From Planctomicrobium piriforme (GTDB lineage Bacteria > Planctomycetota > Planctomycetia > Pirellulales > UBA1268), in contig CAMBUD010000006.1 in the NCBI GenBank assembly GCA_945871035.1, positions 1,859 through 65,858 of the forward strand: a stretch of DNA of 64,000 bases. Reading direction: 5' to 3'. Below the pieces are notes generated by a model, which did no database searches, had not been told where the DNA came from, and worked only from the letters and a program-made list of their open reading frames with translations. A program made the position numbers and the translations under genes. This document shows, piece by piece, positions 59,363 to 64,000 of the stretch; positions within the stretch are counted from its first letter, which is position 1; every line of letters begins with the position of its first letter.

Positions 59363-59518
59363 CGTTGCCGGGCATCCTTAAGCACATCAGATACAAATTC
59401 TGCGAGTGATTCGCATGCAAGAGAGGGTGTGTGCTGTTTGTTTAAAAAAGCATTTGTGTGCGGAGACTGTTTGGGACTTCGGGCCGTGTTGTGGGAATGC
59501 AAGAAGGTATGACAAGAG

Positions 59519-61093
59519 TCAGATGACCCCCGCTGCTTCATCCTTACGAATCACTTGGGCAGGCAATTGCGACTCGTAAGCACGGCTTGTGGGATTCTTC
59601 TGCGGTGAATCGATTCCAAGATCCTCAAGGAGCAGTTGCGAGGTGATGCGTGCCGAGGAGTAGATCACCGGCAGGCCGCTGCCGGGATGTGTGCCGCCAC
59701 CGACAAGATAGGTGCGATCCAGATCCTCAAACCGATTGTGTGGTCGCCTGTGCAGCATCTGCCCAAGATTGTGCGACAGATTAAAAGTCGCCCCGCGATA
59801 GATCTCGTAGTCGGCCTGCCAATCATCTGGAGTGAGCATGCGCTCGTAGCGGATCCGATCCCGTATGCCGTCGATTCCGATGCGTTCAACTTGGTCAAGA
59901 GCCAGTTCACGGAAGCGAGGTGCTTCGCGCCGCCAATCGACGTTTGGATGACGATGCGTGACCGGAATGAGCAGGTAGAGGGTGCTCATGTTTTTTGGCG
60001 CAAGCGTCGGGTCGGTGACGCAAGCATTTTGCACGTACATTGATGGATCACTGCCAAGAATATGCCGCGTCTCGATATCGGCTAGATTTTCCCGATAATT
60101 CTTGGAGAGATAAATCGAGTGGTGGGGGATCGAGTCGTAGCGGCCATCGATGCCGAGATAAAGCATGAAAGTTGAGCAGGAAAATTGCTTGGAGGCGATG
60201 GTTCTGTCGTTCCAACGACGACGGAGTCGATCCGGAATGAGTCGGCTCATGGTCTGCGCAAAGTCGGCGTTGATGACGGTTGCATCGGCGGCATATTCGC
60301 CTTTTGACGTTCTGAGCCCCGTTACCCGCCGACCCTCAAACTGTACCGATTCAACCGGTTCTTCGTAGCGGATATCGACTCCCATCTCCTGTGCAATCCG
60401 CGCCATTGTCGCCGACACGGCTCCACAGCCACCGATCGGGTGGTAAACACCATGTTCGTATTCAAGGAACGAAAGAATCGAAAACAGGCTTGGGCAGCGA
60501 AAGGGGGACATGCCGAGATATTTTGATTGAAACGTGAAGGCCAGCCGAATCCGTTCATCGGAGAAAAATGTGCCGAGTTCAGAGTCGAGGCATTTCCATG
60601 GCTTCAGCAGCGGCATCAGTTTCAGCAAATCGGGGTTGGCAAGATCCCGCCAGCTTTCAAAAGGCTTCTCCAGGAATGGCGCGAAACGAGCAAACTTTTC
60701 GCGGGTTTGATTCATAAACCGCGTGAACGATCCACTGTCGGCGGGTGAAAGTCGTGAAACCTCGGCCTCCATTCGAGTGGGATCTGGAGTGGCTAGCAAT
60801 TCGCCGCCGGCCCCAAACACCAAACGATACTGTGGATCAAGCCGCACCATCTCAATTTCTTTCCGCAGGTCGTAGCCGCAGAGAGTAAAAATCTCATCGA
60901 GCACACGCGGGTAGAGAAAAAAGGTCGGCCCAAGATCAAAGGAAAAGCCTTCCGCTGTGTAAATGGTGCTGGTACGGCCTCCCGGTACCGCGAGACGTTC
61001 TAAAATGCGAACGCGAACACCTGCACGTGCCAGCAGCATGGCACATGCTAAACCACCGGGACCAGCTCCAATAATATTAACGGTGCGAGTCAT
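59519..61093 (-). CDS. Phytoene/diapophytoene (or squalene) desaturase, CrtI/CrtN family
   Basis: VNIIGAGPGGLACAMLLARAGVRVRILERLAVPGGR, FDLGPTFF, and the C-terminal YLVGGGTHPGSGLPVIYSSA signature. Confidence 0.88.
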   Translation of the reverse strand: MTRTVNIIGAGPGGLACAMLLARAGVRVRILERLAVPGGRTSTIYTAEGFSFDLGPTFFLYPRVLDEIFTLCGYDLRKEIEMVRLDPQYRLVFGAGGELLATPDPTRMEAEVSRLSPADSGSFTRFMNQTREKFARFAPFLEKPFESWRDLANPDLLKLMPLLKPWKCLDSELGTFFSDERIRLAFTFQSKYLGMSPFRCPSLFSILSFLEYEHGVYHPIGGCGAVSATMARIAQEMGVDIRYEEPVESVQFEGRRVTGLRTSKGEYAADATVINADFAQTMSRLIPDRLRRRWNDRTIASKQFSCSTFMLYLGIDGRYDSIPHHSIYLSKNYRENLADIETRHILGSDPSMYVQNACVTDPTLAPKNMSTLYLLIPVTHRHPNVDWRREAPRFRELALDQVERIGIDGIRDRIRYERMLTPDDWQADYEIYRGATFNLSHNLGQMLHRRPHNRFEDLDRTYLVGGGTHPGSGLPVIYSSARITSQLLLEDLGIDSPQKNPTSRAYESQLPAQVIRKDEAAGVI

Positions 61094-61287
61094 TCAAAAA
61101 CTTGTACGAGACAGCGATAAAACGCGTCGCAAATTGAACTCAAAAAATCGACATCGATAGTTTAAATTCAATAACAACTGCCCCACTATAGGGCGTGTCA
61201 CGCAGGGGTCAAGAAAGTACGGTCTATCCGTAAAACTTTGGTGGTTGGCAGACGGTGCAGCCAGCCTACGGCTGAGAGCTTTGGGCT

Positions 61288-61833
61288 TCAATACCCGTAG
61301 CCGGGCAACTGGTAAACGGTTCGCACCGGCCGATAGCCACCAAACAACCCCCTGCGATACAGCGGCACTGCAACCGGGGCATAATAAGCGGGGGCGTAAT
61401 AGGCAGTCACAGGAGCAACCGCCGATGGGTAGTAGGCCGTTACGGGGCTCGGACCGTAAGCGCTTGAGCCGTAGACGGGTGGCGCGTAATACGAAGTCAC
61501 AGGCACGGAAACGCCCAGCGGTTGAGCATAAACCGGTGCAGGAGCGTAGTAGCTCTTTACCTCGACGGCCGGCGAGCCATAGCCCATCATGACCGGTGGA
61601 GAGAAGGCCGTCACGGCAGCATAGTTTCCGGCCGGGGTGTAGTTGGCTACAAAAGGCTGCACAGGCTGAGCGACGATGGCACCTACTGGCACAGCGGGAC
61701 GAGGTGTTTCGTAGATTACAACCTGCGCTCCAACTGGCGAAGACGCCATCCAAACGCCCATCAAGGCAACGAACACTTTGGGAACGAAAAGCACAATCTG
61801 TGCAATCGACCGGCTCTTAAACGTAGGAAGCAT
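61288..61833 (-). CDS. Small secreted Tyr/Ala/Pro-rich repeat protein
   Basis: I chose ATG 61833 (MLPTFKSRSIAQIVLFVPKVFVALMGVWMASSPVGAQ, signal-like). The mature part is dominated by YYAP/VTAYY/PVYG motifs and ends GYGY. The alternative frame 61094..61753 is Cys/Arg-rich and looks non-coding. Confidence 0.5.
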   Translation of the reverse strand: MLPTFKSRSIAQIVLFVPKVFVALMGVWMASSPVGAQVVIYETPRPAVPVGAIVAQPVQPFVANYTPAGNYAAVTAFSPPVMMGYGSPAVEVKSYYAPAPVYAQPLGVSVPVTSYYAPPVYGSSAYGPSPVTAYYPSAVAPVTAYYAPAYYAPVAVPLYRRGLFGGYRPVRTVYQLPGYGY

Positions 61834-62125
61834 GATTTTCTTTCCGGGCAGCTCTTCGATCGCCACCTCAAACAAACACAGGTTTAAAACCCTCTTGTCC
61901 ACTCTAGACTGCTCCATGGAGAATACGTTCGCGCTGCCCCATCCTGCAAATAGCCCGCAAAGTCTGCCATAAAAGTGGTAAAGATAGATAAGCAGGCAGG
62001 AACTCAGCTGGCTTTTTAAGGCGTATTTTACTCTCGGACTGTCATTGTCCACAGCACCCACGAGGCGACACTTGGATCAAAACGAATCTGCATCGCAGCC
62101 GCATCGACCCCAAATAGAAGACGGA

Positions 62126-64000
62126 GTGCACGGACAGAGCCTAAGCGTCCTGCTTCTGCTTCGCACTTTGACGGTCGTAAATGACAACGTATTGCGTTGG
62201 CTGGCGATCGGCTTAGGAAAACGTGCTGTGGCCAGTGGCGGTGTGGCGTTGGTGCTGACGTTGGGTACGGCAGGCTTTGTGCTGCCATTTATCCTGCTTG
62301 CCTGGCTCGCAGGATATCTAGCCGATCGTTATCCCAAACGCACGGTAATCATCTGGTGCAAGTTTGCCGAGATTGTGATTGCAACTGGCGCTGTGGGCAC
62401 GGTTGTGTGGGGTGTTTGCTCTGGTGGCACATTTGCCAGTCTCCCAGTTGGGCTCTGGCTTTTGCTGAGCAGCTTGATTGTGATTGGCTGCCAAGCAGCG
62501 ATTCTGGCCCCAAGCCTAGTCGGTTCGATTCCCGAGACCGTGCCGGCCGCCAAGCTTTCGAGCGCGAATGGCCTTTTTGCCACGGTCACGCTCGCGGCAA
62601 CACTTATCGGTATGGCCGGCGGTAACTGGTTAGCCGACAGCACGCCCATTGCCAACACCGCTGCTCCGAGCGGGATTGTTGTGGGGGCTGAGGCCAACAT
62701 GCAATTGATTCCTAGTTGGGTCGATGCGTTACCCACAGCCATCGTTCTTATTGGATTGGCAATCGCGGGTTGGATCGCTGCGATCTGGCTGGTGCCGCGT
62801 CCGGCTGCCGACCCACTGGCACCGCCACCTTGGAATGCGCTGACTCGCACGCGGAGCGATCTGACAGAACTTTTTCGCAGTCCAGAGTTATCTGCAGCGG
62901 CAGCGGGTATCATTTTTTTTTGGGCGCTCGGTGCGGTGGCACAACTCAACGTAGATCAGTTTGCCACTGAGGCTGGCGCAACATCACAGGGGCAAATTGT
63001 GCCGCTGCTTGTAGCGCTCTTGAGCGGCATTGGCTTGGGCAGTCTGCTCGCCGGCAAGATGTCTACGCGGGGGGTTGATTTGGGGCTCGTACCGATCGGG
63101 GCAAGCTTGATGGCAGTCGGGGCGATCTGCTTGGCCATCAGCCCAGCGGTTATTTTTATAGATGGAAGTTGCAACAACCCTGCTTGGTGGTTTGTTGTCA
63201 CGTCCCTATTCATATTAGGTCTGGGGGCAGGCGCATTTGATGTGCCGCTGGAAGCCTATTTTCAAGCCCAAAGCCCGGCTGCCAAGCGGGGGTCACTCCT
63301 GGCCACGGTCAACCTCCTAGTCTTTAGTGGAATCTTTGCAGCCTCCCTGCTGTATGGCTTATTGCGAACGCCGGTCGGATCTGCCACTGCACCGCTGCTA
63401 TCGGCGCGCAGTATTTTTGGCATTTTCAGCATCCTTTCAACGGCGGCTGTTGGGATTGCCGTCTACGCTGCGCCGCGGGCAACGGTCCGCATTATTATCG
63501 CGTCGATTGTAAACGTGCTCTATCGGTTTCGCATTGCAAGGGCCGACCTCATGCCGGTCGTAGGGCCAGCGGTAGTCGTCGCCAATCATCTCTCGTGGCT
63601 GGATGGATTCATCGTTGTGCTCGCTAGTCCTCGCCCAATCCGCTTGGTCGTCTACGGCCCGAACATTCAGGGTCGATTCCTGCAGATGCTGGCTAAGCAG
63701 TGGCGGTTTATTCTTTTTGAGCCGCGCACAAAATCGATTGCACAAGCATTGAAAACAATCCAAACAGGGCTGGCAAATGGTGAAGTGATTGGAATCTTCT
63801 GTGAGGGAGGCATCTCACGCACCGGTCAAATACTTGGATTTAAACGAGGGCTCGAATGGATTCTGGAACGGGTAACGGCGCCGATTGTGCCGCTCTCTAT
63901 CGATGGCATGTGGGGCAGCTTGCTCTCCTTTTCGGAAGGCCGCTTTTTTACAAAGATCCCCCGTGGGTGCCGCAGGCCGATCACACTCACCTTCGGCCCT
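62126..64000 (+). CDS. Fusion protein: LplT-like MFS transporter plus PlsC/Aas-type acyltransferase; 3' end beyond the window
   Basis: My own translation; the frame is open to the window end and so is absent from the ORF track. The MFS part is ..VVNDNVLRWLAIGLGK...AGYLADRYPKR... The acyltransferase motifs are VVVANHLSWLDGF (HX4D) and IFCEGGISRTG. The start is tentatively GTG 62126, as there is no in-frame ATG upstream. Confidence 0.7.
   Translation, partial: MHGQSLSVLLLLRTLTVVNDNVLRWLAIGLGKRAVASGGVALVLTLGTAGFVLPFILLAWLAGYLADRYPKRTVIIWCKFAEIVIATGAVGTVVWGVCSGGTFASLPVGLWLLLSSLIVIGCQAAILAPSLVGSIPETVPAAKLSSANGLFATVTLAATLIGMAGGNWLADSTPIANTAAPSGIVVGAEANMQLIPSWVDALPTAIVLIGLAIAGWIAAIWLVPRPAADPLAPPPWNALTRTRSDLTELFRSPELSAAAAGIIFFWALGAVAQLNVDQFATEAGATSQGQIVPLLVALLSGIGLGSLLAGKMSTRGVDLGLVPIGASLMAVGAICLAISPAVIFIDGSCNNPAWWFVVTSLFILGLGAGAFDVPLEAYFQAQSPAAKRGSLLATVNLLVFSGIFAASLLYGLLRTPVGSATAPLLSARSIFGIFSILSTAAVGIAVYAAPRATVRIIIASIVNVLYRFRIARADLMPVVGPAVVVANHLSWLDGFIVVLASPRPIRLVVYGPNIQGRFLQMLAKQWRFILFEPRTKSIAQALKTIQTGLANGEVIGIFCEGGISRTGQILGFKRGLEWILERVTAPIVPLSIDGMWGSLLSFSEGRFFTKIPRGCRRPITLTFGP

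Noticed and set aside
61094-61753. 219-aa minus-strand ORF overlapping the Y/A/P-rich protein in another frame.
   Set aside because: The translation is Cys/Arg-rich with no signal or motif. The alternative frame has a signal peptide and coherent repeats. This choice remains unverified.
62522-62532. tRNA T-loop-like GGTTCGATTCC.
   Set aside because: It lies inside the MFS-acyltransferase reading frame. No complementary acceptor-stem sequence (CGGTCTC) occurs about 70 nt upstream. No cloverleaf can be drawn.
1-64000. I looked for mobile elements, prophage, CRISPR-cas, toxin-antitoxin pairs and known defence-system signatures (nuclease, methylase and helicase combinations).
   Set aside because: No transposase, integrase, recombinase, Cas, restriction or methylase motifs were seen in any long ORF. 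The only helicase (SNF2) has no defence-type partners. The window reads as core chromosome.

Overview
This is a 64 kb stretch of moderately GC-rich bacterial chromosome that is almost entirely coding. I call about 48 protein genes. I found no rRNA, tRNA, CRISPR array, transposase, integrase or recognisable prophage or defence island. The gene content points to a Planctomycetota (Pirellulales-like) genome: a Cys-type sulfatase, an 1165-aa SecA, exported PQQ-like propeller and PDZ proteins, an N-terminal R-rich...LETRAMLA leader, and Y/A/P-rich secreted proteins. This taxonomic call is inference from motifs only; no database search was possible. The window carries origin-proximal housekeeping genes: mnmG at about 1-2.8 kb, and dnaA at 44.0-45.7 kb with a 430-bp AT-enriched upstream region. 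It also has an E. coli-like xseA-xseB-ispA-dxs-nadK block, and secA, waaA, metK, trpD, dapF, tilS, ruvX and prc. The candidates most worth a second look are listed below.
1. A tightly packed, translationally coupled seven-gene operon at 5588-13215. It combines a short LuxE/PaaK-like adenylating enzyme, an ALDH-superfamily protein that keeps the catalytic Cys but seems to lack the general-base Glu (LuxC-like reductase signature), an Fe-alcohol dehydrogenase, a BamB-like lipoprotein propeller, an aromatic-amino-acid decarboxylase and an exported SOUL haem-binding protein.
2. A four-gene carotenoid glycoside-ester cluster at 55.7-61.1 kb, with two CrtI/CrtN-family desaturases, a CruD-like acyltransferase and a CruC-like GT2.
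3. The putative oriC region upstream of dnaA.
4. Several perfect tandem repeats: an in-frame 12-bp x6.7 (DDVT)n repeat in a secreted protein, an 18-bp x3 intergenic repeat, and a 25-bp x3 repeat spanning a stop codon.
5. An MFS-PlsC fusion running off the window end.
All functional calls come from reading motifs in the supplied translations, or in my own translations of ORFs that are truncated by the window edges. Start codons are often uncertain.
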